Positions 28,370-40,659 of a stretch of 64,000 nucleotides of DNA are shown piece after piece. Source of the stretch: Perna viridis (taxonomy: Eukaryota); NCBI GenBank assembly GCA_037379345.1, contig CM074520.1:7626001-7690000 (forward strand), in the 5' to 3' direction. The notes under the pieces were generated by a model. That model ran no database searches. It was not told the origin of the DNA and was given only the letters and a program-made list of their open reading frames with translations. A program made the position numbers and the translations under genes. The stretch's first letter is position 1, and every line of letters starts with the position of its first letter.

Positions 28370-31300
28370 CGAATAGATCTTATCTTTGTTTATTTTATCT
28401 TTAGATATTGCTGCACAAATTATATTCTGTATTTTGTCATTGCATTATTTCATTATCTTCATTTTGTTCCGAACTAGTTGTTCCATTGATCCGTAGTTTT
28501 GTCCCACAATTGTCTGCGTGTGGAGTTTTGATTCGTTCTGGAGTCTAAACATTGGGCGGTTGTTTTATCTTTCTTGTTTAGTGTTTTCTACGATGAGTAT
28601 TGTATCTTTAACTTAAAATTATTTGTAATTAGCAATTTGAACGCCTTCTAAAATTGTTAGCATGAATTAGATGAAATAGAAATGTTCAAAGACGGTTATT
28701 TGTTTACAAGCATTGTTGATTCTTAGTCTATTCTGCTTTAATCCTAAATTGTTTAAAACTTAAAGAGGAAGACATGGTTGTTTAACTATCATAAATTGCT
28801 TCACTACCGAAGCATCAAATTAGAAACCCAGTTCAAAAACACCAAAATTCCAAAAAAAATATAAAAAAACAATCAACATACAAATTATAGACACAAATAA
28901 AAAAGTAAAAATCTCACAACTAATACAATAAAAAGGCCCGCGAATAACCAGGAGTGACATCTGATTTTTCGACAGGGTAAGCATGTCCTGCTCCATCAGA
29001 GATACCTTTGAAAATTGCAAGTATGTAAAATGTAGACGCGTTTAAAAGTACGGTCACATATAAAACATGAAGATTAGAAAAAGAAGAAATCTCACCAAAA
29101 AAAAAAATAAATAAATAAATAAATAAAGCAAAATAAAGTCCCACATTAAAATGGGAGTGAAGTCAGATATTCCGACAGTGTAAGCATATCCTGCTCCTAT
29201 AGAGACATCCGTGAAAATTGCTAGAGAGTGAAATGCAGTGATAGTCAATTAAACAATTCGTACATGAATTGCAAGAATTTTTTTCCATGAATAAAAATGG
29301 CCTATATGTATTGCTTTCTTATCATAAAAATTGTCGATTCTTCGTCGTCGTTTCTTCCTTAATATCGTTCAAAACTTTAAGAAGAAGATTTGTTTGTTTA
29401 AATATCTTACGTAGGTGTTGAAAGATACAGGAAATTGACACAAGGTAGATAACGCTGACAACTGGATTAAACATGTTTATACAAAGCTTACTCTAAGATT
29501 AAACTTCAGGAAAGCTTCCGGAGCAGATGGATGGTTAGATAACATCAAGATGCTTTTCGATGTTCAATTTCATTTATTTTCAAGACAAAACTACATTATT
29601 CCGTGTTCGTAACAAATGAAACGTCAGTGTTGCTTAAAAGAACGAAGTAAGTGGATGTCGTACAGAGACAAATCTGTGTTGTTTAGTTAAGCACGATGTA
29701 GTTTTTAGTGCGTTGACATTATTGGCCTTAGTTAAAGTATGCTGTGGGTTCTTTTAAAATGTAAATTTCATTAAATAGATGACATTGATGCGTATTATCA
29801 AATGGTAATATGGATATTTTTTAACCAAATTACAAACGATTGTAAATGATATTTGTATTTTTATTTGGAATAAAAATTTAGAAATGACCATTATGCATAC
29901 AGGCTAGATATGTAAAACTGCACAGGATACTGTTATAGGGAACTTTTGGGGTTTTAAGTACAACAATAAGATTTTGACAATATCAGTGGTCAGATTTAAA
30001 AGGTTAAACAAATAATGTTTGTCTTCATCGACTTAACCAAACATTTAGAATCCACGGAGCTAAATCAAACACATTCCCTAGAAATAGGATAAGGTTATAT
30101 TAGTACATGACAAATAAGACTAAAATAGTTTAATATTTTCGTTTATTTAATAGCCTTGTACGTAGAAGAATGTTAGTGCAGTTGTAAATTATACTTAAAT
30201 TCATACCAGATAAATACAACAAAACGTTCAATACATTCCATACAGTAATCTGGTAATTTACAGACAATTTATTACACACGCTAAATTGTGTTGTCATATA
30301 TGTTTGTACCTTGTAAAACCATGACATCAACTTTACATCAGACAGAAGATCATTCTGATTATTATAAAGCATTGAAGCCTAGAAAGAACCGTATCCAATA
30401 TGAATGATATTTTTTTACATGTACATATAAAATATGTTGCTACAAAGGTGTTTCGCATTGAAATTACACATTGAGAAGACCATTAATGATATTTCTACAA
30501 ATTATAATTAATAAAAATACGTTTACCAAACAATGACAATCTGATGCTTACAATAGACGTGAAGCTACAGTCAAGATTATTGAAGCAAATATCTGTATAC
30601 ATTATGTAAAATAAAAAAAACCTGGTATAAATGCTTCTTATTCATTTTTTCTTTATTGATGGACTTTTCAATTGTATTTAGTCGATTAAAAATCAACAAG
30701 TCTGTCTCTTTTAAGTGAAATCTTGCTTTTTTAAATTAAAGAGTCTGAAAAAGCCCTGTAGATTTCGATTTAGTTTGATATATTGTAATGTCCGTGTTTG
30801 TGCATTGTATTTTGGTTAATTGATTCCATGACATTTTGTTCTAAAAATATATATGTTGCAAAAAATCAAGTGTCATATACAACACTACCCATTGTCGCAT
30901 ATAATGATGAAGTGACATCAATAGCTTTCTGTTTCTATGGTGATGTAATACAGAGTCTATTAATGCAGACTATTTGTTATGATGATTGTATTACACCTTT
31001 CTACAACAACGAGTTTCAAATTATGTGTCCATAATTTATCATTTGATAAAAATTAACTTTGTATGTTTCAAGCATCAATGCTACATTAAATACTAGGCCA
31101 TAAGAAAGATTTCATTTTAAAATACACAAACAACCAAGCGTTTAATTGTGGTCTGAAAAAAAAACAATTCAAATAATTGGTATAAGTAAGCAAGATTGTT
31201 GCACTATGTATAAAAACACCAATCATTTTAATATAGCAAATTGCATTATGCTGTGTACGTGGGGATTAGTAGAATTAGGACCAAATATTAGTTCGAGATT

Positions 31301-33570
31301 AAAAAACAATGTATACAAGAAATATTCAAAACCAAACAATATCGAAATAGAAGGTCAAATCCAGCACTGATAATTTCTATCAGAGTATGTGAAAAAAACT
31401 AGATTAGTGTAGCCCATGCCTAATTCAAGGACTAAAGCGTTAAAGTGTTAAGGGATTGTTGTATGTATTATCAAAATGATGAAATACATTTATATAGATT
31501 CCTTCACTTCTATTGATATTATGAATGTAAATAACAACGTTTTACTACACTGAGACCATGACATAATTTTTATACTAGCAATTTACGATCCATGTGTCCC
31601 TATAAAGACCATCAACAAACGATATTATTTCCATGTCATATATAACTGGTAAAAGGAGATGAATTTTATTACAGGTTGTGTGGTGATAACGTTTAAGTAC
31701 GAGTAAGCCCTTAATCTGTCTTATATTATAGCAACTGATAAGTTATATACCTTACCTTTAATTATGCTTTAAATGTTTGGTCGCTCATGTAAGTTACGCT
31801 AATTTTACAAAATGAAATTCACTTTAGTTACACATTAATTTACATCGATATTTTTTTAATGTTTCCTAAGAAGAATAACAAGTAAATTATCTGCTTATTT
31901 GATTTTTGTTCACACAAAAAAAAACATACAATGACTTTGGTATTGAACACATAAGTAAAAATATTTGTTCAACGCATGGATCTTAGAGGTAAATCGTACA
32001 TTTGCCAAAATATCATGATAATCAATGTCAAAATGTTGAAATCAAACTAATACAAAATCAGTAATTAAGTGTCAGTTTTAGTAAGAATTAAGCAAAATGT
32101 GAAAAATCAGAAACATGCATGTCAAACCCACCAATATGACAATGTAATATCACTCATGGATAATTTCTCTATTTGAAAGACCGCTTTTTGGCTTTTTTTC
32201 ACTCACTACCTGATTCTTACAGAGACTAATACTTAACACATATCACATTTAAATAGCAGTAAACAGAATTTTTAACAATGAACATAAAATATATGGTAGT
32301 AACTGCAGATGGTTTTAACTATGAAAGATAAATAAAGAATCGAAGGGGAGAGTGAAACTTCCCAATTAAAGAGTCTCTTGAAATTCTACTTAACCCAACC
32401 TCAAACAAAGTGAATCCCTTTCATTTCAATCGATTCGGTGATTTGCTTTTTAATTAAACCTTCAGTAAAAGTCATTAGAACGTTTATATGGTATAAAATG
32501 GCAAAGCTGCTATAAAATGCCAACCTGTTTATAGCGTTTTTCATATGCTGTAATCGGAATATTAAAGGACAAACCTTTAGGCTAATGAATATACACCAAT
32601 GCCTATGTGGAAAGTTGGTGCAGAAAATTAAACCTTAATTTATTGAGCTGCATTAAAATTTGTATTTACAGCACCGATATTTATATAATATAATGCACAT
32701 CAAGGAGATTGAATGTTACAATTAACTAGGTATTATTACTAAATGATGATTATATGATATGTCGTAACCAGCATGAACCTCACATTAAGTTGTAGATCAG
32801 ACGATAGCACCCACAGAGGGTAATGAATTGGTTTATATTATAGTAAAACAATCTCTCAGAGGATATACTAAAAATTTATATGGTAAACATTGCATCCTCC
32901 CTACAGTACTACATCCACTAAATCCTCCTCATAAAGATCTCTGCTATTCATAAAGCTACATTGGTGTGTAAAATTGAATGCATGATAATGGAAAACTTTC
33001 TAATTCTAACTTATTATACCACAAAAAGTGGGGTAGTCGACTTCAGTAAAAGCGGAGGGACACTCACTAAATAACTGCATATGTCTGTCATACGACTTTA
33101 ACCAAAACACTGCTTGCAGCATAAGATATTTTATCACAAACAGACTCGTCGGTACTTGACCCAAAACCTTCTTTTAAGTATATATGCGCATTTGATCAGT
33201 TATATATGACATTTATATGTTCATAACTTACCGATGGCAACAAAAGGGTTCCAACACTTTCTATCAAAGCCACAAGTCCAAGTTTTCTTTCTCCTTCGTC
33301 CAGTTCATCAGACGATGCTTGAGAGCTAAGAGATAGTCCACTTTCCTTCCTTTGTTTATTTGACGGTGACAGGTCCCGTCCAATCTTGTGCGACGGGGAT
33401 ACATCTCTCCCAGAAACTGTTCCGTTTGTTACTGTTACTTTGATTTCACATTTTATATCGTTAGAAATTTCTTGGCAGTTTTCATCGTTTTTGCCCTTCT
33501 CAGTACAGCTAGACTGGTTTTTGATCAATTCGATTTCGTTTTTTACAGCTGCTTTAAATGGACAGCTCAT
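7336..33570 (-). CDS. GUCY1A: Soluble guanylate cyclase alpha subunit, whole gene; join(complement) 33232-33570, 17874-17944, 17337-17458, 14013-14710, 11737-11916, 10650-10788, 10204-10370, 8678-8821, 8103-8257, 7336-7525; 2205 nt, 734 aa
   Basis: Domain order H-NOX, PAS/H-NOBA, coiled coil, cyclase. Alpha-type motifs: N-terminal [47 protein letters not shown]. All introns GT-AG, phases join into one open frame. Confidence 0.93.
8103..8257 (-). CDS. GUCY1A: sGC alpha coding exon 9 ([29 protein letters not shown]...)
   Basis: Guanylate cyclase signature MPRYCLFG. Confidence 0.95.
8486..8590. repeat. Tandem repeat, 3 x 35-36 bp
   Basis: aggctgtgtacaatataataccatata three times. Confidence 0.95.
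8678..8821 (-). CDS. GUCY1A: sGC alpha coding exon 8 ([15 protein letters not shown]...GNTIR)
   Basis: Second metal-binding Asp motif; 144 nt, phase 0 to 0. Confidence 0.95.
10204..10370 (-). CDS. GUCY1A: sGC alpha coding exon 7 (cyclase, [15 protein letters not shown]...LDVYK)
   Basis: First metal-binding Asp motif; cag| ... AAG|GTAAAC. Confidence 0.95.
10650..10788 (-). CDS. GUCY1A: sGC alpha coding exon 6 (coiled coil [11 protein letters not shown]...[17 protein letters not shown])
   Basis: tttag| ... G|GTAAGA; 139 nt. Confidence 0.93.
11737..11916 (-). CDS. GUCY1A: sGC alpha coding exon 5 (HMQLKGQM...[19 protein letters not shown])
   Basis: H-NOBA signature LKGQM / [14 protein letters not shown]; 180 nt, phase 0 to 0. 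Confidence 0.95.
12194..12557 (+). mobile_element. PLE 3'-end fragment (well preserved)
   Basis: RT C-terminus ([13 protein letters not shown]) plus full 3' UTR ending cccttgattactct. Confidence 0.85.
12882..13017. mobile_element. Fold-back MITE
   Basis: ~50-bp imperfect inverted arms aatctggcg..attcac..ggtcgtaagagtaaagttgattgtaa / ttacgatcaattttacacttacgac...gtgaat..cgccagatt. Confidence 0.7.
14013..14710 (-). CDS. GUCY1A: sGC alpha coding exon 4 (rest of H-NOX and start of PAS/H-NOBA)
   Basis: Within ORF 13938-14744; NLDGLH, PSFRC and [15 protein letters not shown] motifs; cag| ... CAG|GTATGT. Confidence 0.95.
14782..15164 (+). repeat. Dispersed repeat, copy A (inverted relative to 18012-18388)
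   Basis: Collinear reverse-complement match along ~380 bp, e.g. tcagacactgccaatagtaaagtgattcatggtg. Confidence 0.85.
17337..17458 (-). CDS. GUCY1A: sGC alpha coding exon 3 ([10 protein letters not shown]...CRAASTAL)
   Basis: ttttag| ... C|GTATGT; 122 nt, phase 2 to 1. Confidence 0.85.
17874..17944 (-). CDS. GUCY1A: sGC alpha coding exon 2 ([24 protein letters not shown])
   Basis: tttcag| ... AG|GTAACC; 71 nt, phase 0 to 2; resembles the first H-NOX helix; not in the ORF track. Confidence 0.82.
18012..18388 (-). repeat. Dispersed repeat, copy B (inverted relative to 14782-15164)
   Basis: caccatgaatcactttaccattggcagtgtctga and other matching blocks; a short third remnant near 32101-32135. 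Confidence 0.85.
18649..18840 (+). mobile_element. PLE 3'-end fragment
   Basis: taccggtgcacctggtccatg ... cccttgattactct. Confidence 0.85.
21134..21280 (+). mobile_element. PLE 3'-end fragment
   Basis: gttgctcatttgcttttgttact ... ccttgattactct. Confidence 0.8.
23662..24495 (-). mobile_element. Penelope-like (Naiad-type) RT fragment plus 3' UTR
   Basis: [24 protein letters not shown]...FRYLNDVL* followed by ORF 23906-24298 ([10 protein letters not shown]). Confidence 0.85.
27267..27600 (+). mobile_element. PLE 3'-end fragment
   Basis: atcgttatggtgtatccatc ... cccttgattacact. Confidence 0.85.
28820..29225 (-). mobile_element. Two tandem 3' UTR-like units of a second, related retroelement family
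   Basis: Minus strand ggagcaggacatgcttaccctgtcg and ggagcaggatatgcttacactgtcgg, the same core as the main family, each followed by a T-rich tail. Confidence 0.6.
33232..33570 (-). CDS. GUCY1A: sGC alpha coding exon 1 (MSCPF...[12 protein letters not shown])
   Basis: ATG at 33570; donor TCG|GTAAGT; an acceptor ttttag| at 33625 implies an upstream non-coding exon. Confidence 0.85.
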
Positions 33571-35014
33571 TTTCGTAGAAAGTCCTTTATTCCTTACAAC
33601 AATTTGTCCTGATCATTGTGGTTCCTAAAAATCCAACAGATTAAAGATTTCAATAGAAGCGTACAGTCAACATCACCTTCGTTAACTAAAGAAGATAATG
33701 GTATACTATAAACAACAGCGAACAGAACGTCCAAATGGATTATAAATATCACAACACGTGCTCTAGACGTTTTATAAACATTTTAGCGAAACTTGATTTG
33801 AATGAATATGAGAGATTCTATACTTGCCATACATTCAACGAGAATTTTATAATAACATCAGAAGTTATAAACCACATTGTCTACTTTAATCTATATTGAA
33901 TCACTTTCCTAGGTCTTCACTGAAATATATTAGCCACGATGGAGCATTTAACCTTAGGTTACAGGTCATAATGTGGGTGTTTTTAAACACCCAAGTTGTG
34001 TCCGGACTTGACAATGTTGGAAAAGGATTTACTTTCGATATTCCCACCATATATTTCCCGTTCCTCCCTATTCTTTAGACATCTCGGTGATTATGGATGG
34101 TGTTTACATTCATTGATCCGTTGATTTGATGTACGAGGAGAAATACAACAGCTTTATTAACATAATCTGCAAGAAAAATAGGACTTTTTAAACAATTTTA
34201 TAATCTACTTTTAAAATAATCGCGAATGATTGAACATACAGCATGCAGTGTGCTCTGGGTGAATATGATTTATAGGTTAACAGCTATGAAAATACTAACT
34301 GAGATTCAGATTAATGTATCTACAAATTATACTAATTGAACAGTTTGTTTTGTTTTGACATTTATTACTTAGCAGCAGTAAAATCAATTTTTGCTTCCGT
34401 CTTAACGATTTTAAAACAATACTTAATTAACTAATTTCTCTGGTTAGTTTCTGTAATTACATGTACATTAATTAATTATCATTATCCCAAAGGCAAAATA
34501 AGTTGTCGGTGAAAAAATACCTAGAATTTGTTTCAAACTTGACACAAATAATTTAAGTATGATCGAATGATAAAAAAAACAAGCCAATAATTACTCTGAA
34601 ATTTTATCCAATACACAAAGATGCACGCAGTCGTAAAATTCATACAAGTTCTGTAGAGCCTTTGAAGAGTTAGATTTATTCGAACTACATTGTCATTATA
34701 TGCTATTAGATGGTCATCAATCAGACTTGTGCAGATTCTCAAATGTAAGAAAACTGACATCTGATTCCAAGTTTTCCCAGATCAATGCAAAAGAGCATAC
34801 ATAACTCTCTGTATCTGATAGCTCATTACAATGGACATTTAATTGGCTTTCCCGCATTATTCACCACGTCTGATGTCGGGCACAATTATTTTCACTATTC
34901 ATGTCGTATTTATGATACTTATTAATTTTTGACGGAATTGGTCCTGAGATTTTTAACGTAATACATGTAATAAGAAGTTTTCATATCTTGATGGTGGTCG
35001 TAATACAGAATTTG

Positions 35015-35147
35015 NNNNNNNNNNNNNNNNNNNNNNNNNNNNNNNNNNNNNNNNNNNNNNNNNNNNNNNNNNNNNNNNNNNNNNNNNNNNNNNNNNNNNN
35101 NNNNNNNNNNNNNNNNNNNNNNNNNNNNNNNNNNNNNNNNNNNNNNN
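35015..35147. other. Assembly gap (133 N)
   Basis: Run of n. Confidence 1.
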
Positions 35148-37508
35148 TTGGCAATTAATAAAAACCAAAAATTGGCCGAAAAAAATAATAATATAAAAAT
35201 AAAGTAGCCATTTAAGAAATACCACATGAGCACTGGATAAACAAATAGTAAGGAACGATGCAAGATAATTTTTGTGACAGGATGAATCCTGCATACCTTA
35301 CAATATCTTAATGCTAAAGTTTCATGCCTTGTAGTTCAGCTCGCAGAGACACTCTCCACTGAACTTGAAATTGTAGCGTAAGCGAGCGCATTACAACTAC
35401 ATTGATATTGGCACATTTTAAAAACAAGTATTAAATTAACGCTATTTATACCGAAAATGAAAATAACATTTGCATAACGTGGGTGTGATATATAGCGCGA
35501 TGTTTATGGCTAACTTTTTTCAGCTTGGTTTGTTATGTTCCTTAAATCTACATTAAACTTGGACAGATTTTAAAGGGTGTTTTGTGGTGCGTTACTGTGT
35601 ATTTAATTGGTCTGTATTAGTAAGAGTAAGACCCTTCAACTTCATCTATCCAGTCTAATCTGTTGCGTCTGTCTCAAGTCAGGAAAATGTAGCACATATG
35701 TAATTTGAATTTGTTTTTTTTTCATATATCTAGGGTAAAGTGAGTTGCCCATTTCTCTCAACCAGTATACTTATTTATTCAGGTCAGCCGAAAGCAGACT
35801 CCGAGCGTTAAGAATTTCTCACCACTCATCAGACACGTATGCTACCTTTGTTTGTAATTTTTATTAGAGACTAACGTTCGAAAATTGGCCAAAATATGAT
35901 CAAAGCTGCCAATACAATACAAAGTACAAAAGTGCGCCGATACGGGATTTTGCCGTCCAATACGGCTTTTATCCGTCTAATATGTCATATTGGCCTGGTT
36001 AAAATCCATATTGGCGTGGTTAAAAAACAATATCGTCCTAGGCTGTTATGATGTATTGGACTAGTAAGTCAATAAATTAAGTCAATATAATGATTTTATT
36101 ATTGGCTTTGTATTGGTCCTTGCCTAGAAATATTGGAGTTCGGCTATGACCAATACCTAAGCCAATATGGAAAACCTTACACACTTAAAACATACTATTT
36201 AGTAGGGCTGTGGTCATTTTGACACATTCCAATATTTCATATTCTTTATATGTAGGAAACAAATGCTCGAAAAGCTACAAATGGTTTCACGTACATATAT
36301 CGCTTTCTTAAAAATAAATAATGCAAAGGAGTTTGTATAGGCAGTGAACAACACAAAGCTTAATATTGAAATATTATCTACGTTCTTATCTACCCTTGGC
36401 TCAGTGTATTTGTCATCAGCTAGACTTAGTTTCCATGCAAAGTCTAATATAAAGGGATTTTTTAACGCTTAACCCTTTTCAAGTAGCTTACGAGGAATTG
36501 ATCAAATCACCGGTTGTAAGAATTGGATGCATTATTAGTGTAAAAGCTATGAATATCAACCAATTTCCTTATAGAATGTATATGCATGTTAAAATGCTTT
36601 TCATAAATGCGTCATTCAATTCAAAATCAAGATTTTTCTTTGGTTGTCAGAAATCTAATAGAAAAATAAAGATAAACATTTTTCCGTATTGAAAATGTGT
36701 GAAATTCATTTTCCGTTATGTAAAGACAGAATTACAATTTCTCACATTAAGCCAAATTCTTAAATCGGTATATTGATATCTAATGGCTATAATAATATCA
36801 ACTATCGTTACGATAACCTGGAACCAATAGCATCAACAATAAACTGATGGATAGTTGATCAGATATGTAAATGTTTGAATTTAAATATAATCCTATGCGA
36901 CCATTCCTTTGATGTAGTCAGATAAGAACTGGAAACGAATGCTAACAAATATAAGACGCGATCAACGGTTCGCTTCAACTGTGGTTACTCCTTGGTCTCA
37001 TTTCTTATTACCAATTTTTGGGACTTCTGCCAGAAAAAAAAATCGCCGTATGGTAGTTTTCAGTGTGAATTTACAGGTCTTATTACCCAAAGACTATTTC
37101 TAAGCGCAAAATCTGAATGAGATAAACGGCGATGACATTGCATTCACATATTTGCGTACGTAGTCATTATATATAAGATATTATTCTAACAGTATGTCTG
37201 CTTATCAACTTATCCAATATAAAATTATAACTTAATTTTGAACAATTCAATCCATGTTCTATTACAAAAATATATTTTCTGTTTAGTAAATATACAATAA
37301 CGAAAGTATGCATGTATTTTAGCGTTGCAAATTTTCTTGCTTTTGAGGTGATTCCTAATTTCTTCTCGTTCATTTTCAATTCGTTTATTCGATATCCCAA
37401 CTTACATGTTTCTCAAGTGCTTATCAAAATATAAAAAAACTCGTAACCAAGAAAAGAGACTCAATATCGTCAATAATACATTTTTTTAATTGAACCATAA
37501 ACTCATAG

Positions 37509-37562
37509 TATGGACAAGGTGCACCGGTAGTATCCTCTACTTTTCTAGAGAAAACTTGCCGA
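37509..37562 (-). mobile_element. Short PLE 3' UTR remnant
   Basis: atggacaaggtgcaccggtag..cctctacttttctag on the + strand. Confidence 0.55.
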
Positions 37563-39265
37563 CCATTATGTTCTTCGTCTTCTCTGTGATGACATATTTT
37601 GTCTTTTTAGCATTGTTTCTCTCTTCCGTTTTAGAAGGCATTTGATCTTACAAATTCAGTGGACATATCAATGAATTTTGTTGTTTCGCCTGGTTCATAT
37701 TCGAAGTTTTTGTGTGTCCAAGTTGCACATTGACGTTAAGCTTTATATATGTCGTTTGTTTGGTTTATCTATGCTGTTGGTTGCTTTTACCTCTATTAGT
37801 CTTTACTTCGCCTTTTTTCTTACATCAGTATATAAGTATGATGATGTTCTGGATAATTTTACCTTGGTTACCCTTAAGCCCTTTTATATACTTTGTAAAT
37901 ACTGTTATTATTTCCTGTATCTTAAGGAAATGCCTATTCTTTACATCAATTTTTCGCCCGGCAAATGATTGGAGGTTTCCTTTATATTTTGAAAACATTC
38001 TTACATATCAGTATTATACACCCCAGGAAATAAGATTTAGAAAAAGACTATTTATCGACCGGGCTCAAATGTATAATATTAACAGAGGAAACAAAAATCT
38101 TATCCGGAAATGTGTGAAATCAATTTGAAAAAGTGCAGTCTCTCGCCGTCATAACCTTATCCTTGACTATTTCAACAAATAATGATGGATGTCATTTGTC
38201 AGTCAGTCTGATGAGATTTTTATGTCTCTATTCATTTGTAACTGGACAATAATCAGGAATCATCCTCGTCTTATACACTGATCAATAGAATATCAGCCAT
38301 AAAGACGCGGTTATTTTTTTATATCTTAAAAGAATTGCTTTGCCATGGTTAAATTACCGTACTCAGTAATCTGACTTTTGGCGGTGCAATGACACTGTAT
38401 TGTAAGCTTTAAAGAATGTTTATATCAACTAGTTCATATCATTTTGAGATCAGTTTTCCATATAGCTGGTAAAAATAAGATTATCATTATCTTTTAAGTG
38501 ATTCAATAGACAGCATTGCATAATATTCATTATTTATCAGAGAGAAATCTTTACCACTATATCAAAGCATTCAATACAAAAGGTTGACTTATTTGGTTTT
38601 CATCTTAAAGAAAAAATCCACATTTGTTATCGATGGTTTATTCTTCCAAAGCGAAACAAAAAAAAGCCTTTGCAATGTACTGTTCCTGAATCGCAATGCT
38701 ATAAAATGCTTAGTATGCATTTACTCTTACAAAATAGGTGAGCGACGTTATATAAGTAGCACTTGACATAGATCACGGCTATATATATATTGGTTAAGCT
38801 TCCCCGCCTTGGGAGTTAATATCAAAGGTGTCATATAGAGCATGCACAGAGGTAATTCGATAAAGATAGCCCAAAATCCACTTCAATAATTTATACAAAA
38901 AATAAGATCGTGTTATTTGCAGTCGAGAAACGCCTTTCACGCTTGTTAAAACTCAATTTATTAAAATAAAATGTACATCTTTTTTTCGAATCTAAGATTG
39001 TACTTTTGACACGATGTCAACCACTTTAATTTAAGCCGATGTCACCTAAATGCTCTTTTTTATTTTTCTGGCAGACCCGTCAGAGAAGTATAGCAATTGT
39101 TGAAGAACATGAAAGCTGCACAAACGAAATCGATAGTACGTTATTAATTTATAGCACTCACTTTATTGTTGGTGGGTGCATAACTTATCAACATATATCC
39201 ATTTAATAATAGATACATAATACGAAATCATCGAACATTTTATATATTTTATGTGTTTCTGTATG

Positions 39266-39730
39266 TTATTTCCCCTCGTTTGTACATTGGGTTCTCCGAC
39301 CATTGTTTTGTCCACAGATTTTCTCTTGTTTGTACATTGTGTTCCTGTCTTTGTTTTGTCTACAGATTTTTCCTCGTTTGTACATTGGGTGTTCCAACCA
39401 TTGTTTTGTACGGATTTTCCCTCGTTTGTTCATTGGGTGTTCCAGCCATTGTTTTGTCCGATGATTTTCCCTCGTTTGTTCATTGGGTGTTCCAGCAATT
39501 GTTTTGTCCAAACATTTTCCCTCGTTTGCACATTGGGTGATCCAGCCATTGTTTTGTCCACAGATTTTTCCTCGTTTGTAGATTGGGTGTTCCAACCATT
39601 GTTTTGTACGGATTTTCCCTCGTTTGTTCATTGGGTGTTCCAGCCGTTGTTTTGTCTGTAGATTTTCCCTCGTTTGTATATTGGGTGTTCCAGTCTTTGT
39701 TTTGTCATCAGATTTTTCTCGTTTGAACAT
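39266..39730. repeat. Minisatellite, ~10 x 48-50 bp
   Basis: Unit gattttccctcgtttgttcattgggtgttccagccattgttttgtc; source of ORFs at 39251-39760. Confidence 0.95.
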
Positions 39731-40215
39731 TTCTAATAGAAATTTTTTACTAAGGGCCAATGACTTGGTAGTATGTTTCGACGTGTTATTTTTACAATAA
39801 TGTCACTTTAAAAATATTTATAAGATCGAATATAGGGATTTTCTGTACGATTTGGTCTTCACCCTATCATATACAATGTACTGTTTGATTAAAGACCAAT
39901 TAAATTTACGTTAAAGGGTTTCAAAATTTAAATGAACTCACTCAATTATTTAAATACTGATATACGATGCTTTGTTAGAAGTGCCTTTCTGCTTGCAATA
40001 TTTGTTCATTACTGGTGTCCTGAAAATTATTTTTTGTCATTTATATAAACACATGGCGTAAAATATAGTTTATAAACGTTTGAAAATTGCTTTCTTAATT
40101 CAGTACTTATGTAATAAAACAACCTCTTTTAAAAATATAACCGGCGTTGCATGACGTAAATAGTATTTTCATATTACAAATCAGATATTTTTAGATTCAC
40201 ATCATTTTTACAATA

Positions 40216-40324
40216 CATATATATATAATTCCCAACGATGTTAGAACTGTCAAAGGAAGTTTGTTGTCGTTCCTCCGCAGCAACTCCGCCTGCACAAAGT
40301 CTAGCGACCTAGACCACTCGGCCG
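40216..40324 (-). mobile_element. tRNA-derived SINE, internally deleted copy lacking box B
   Basis: Reverse complement ggccgagtggtctaggtcgctagactttgtgcaggcggag...gacagttctaacatcgttggga(TA)n matches 41627-41781. Confidence 0.7.
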
Positions 40325-40505
40325 TTCTAGGCTATATAAAAATACAGTTTTCGCTGGCCAGGATGTTCCTTTTTGTAGGATAAATGTGAGGTTGTAACTT
40401 CGTACACGATGTATGAGTGTACGGGACAACTCATCTAGGTGTTGATATGTAGGATGGAGAATCAAATTAACGATACGTCACAACAAATCAATATTATACA
40501 TACGT

Positions 40506-40659
40506 CTAAGAAAGTGACTCTATTCGCTACACTGCTCCATCGGATCAAATTGATACTAACATAGTTGGAAATTTTTCAGACCTTTCTTTGTTTACGTTAT
40601 CTTCCTGTATCAATTTGATCCGATGCAGCAGTGTAGCGAGAGGAGTCGTTACATTCTTA
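40506..40659. mobile_element. Fold-back MITE-like inverted repeat
   Basis: Arms 40516-40556 and 40607-40647 (cgctacactgctccatcggatcaaattgatac / gtatcaatttgatccgatgcagcagtgtagcg). Confidence 0.7.

Noticed and set aside
7336-33570. Calling the cyclase a beta or atypical O2-sensing subunit because of the retained His
   Set aside because: It has the alpha-type N-terminal extension, YCVAGGL and [11 protein letters not shown], and lacks the beta catalytic N...R pair
34922-35294. ORFs spanning the N run
   Set aside because: Artefact of the assembly gap
39251-39760. ORFs of 95-164 aa with repeated peptides
   Set aside because: Translations of the 48-50-bp minisatellite; no splice or homology support
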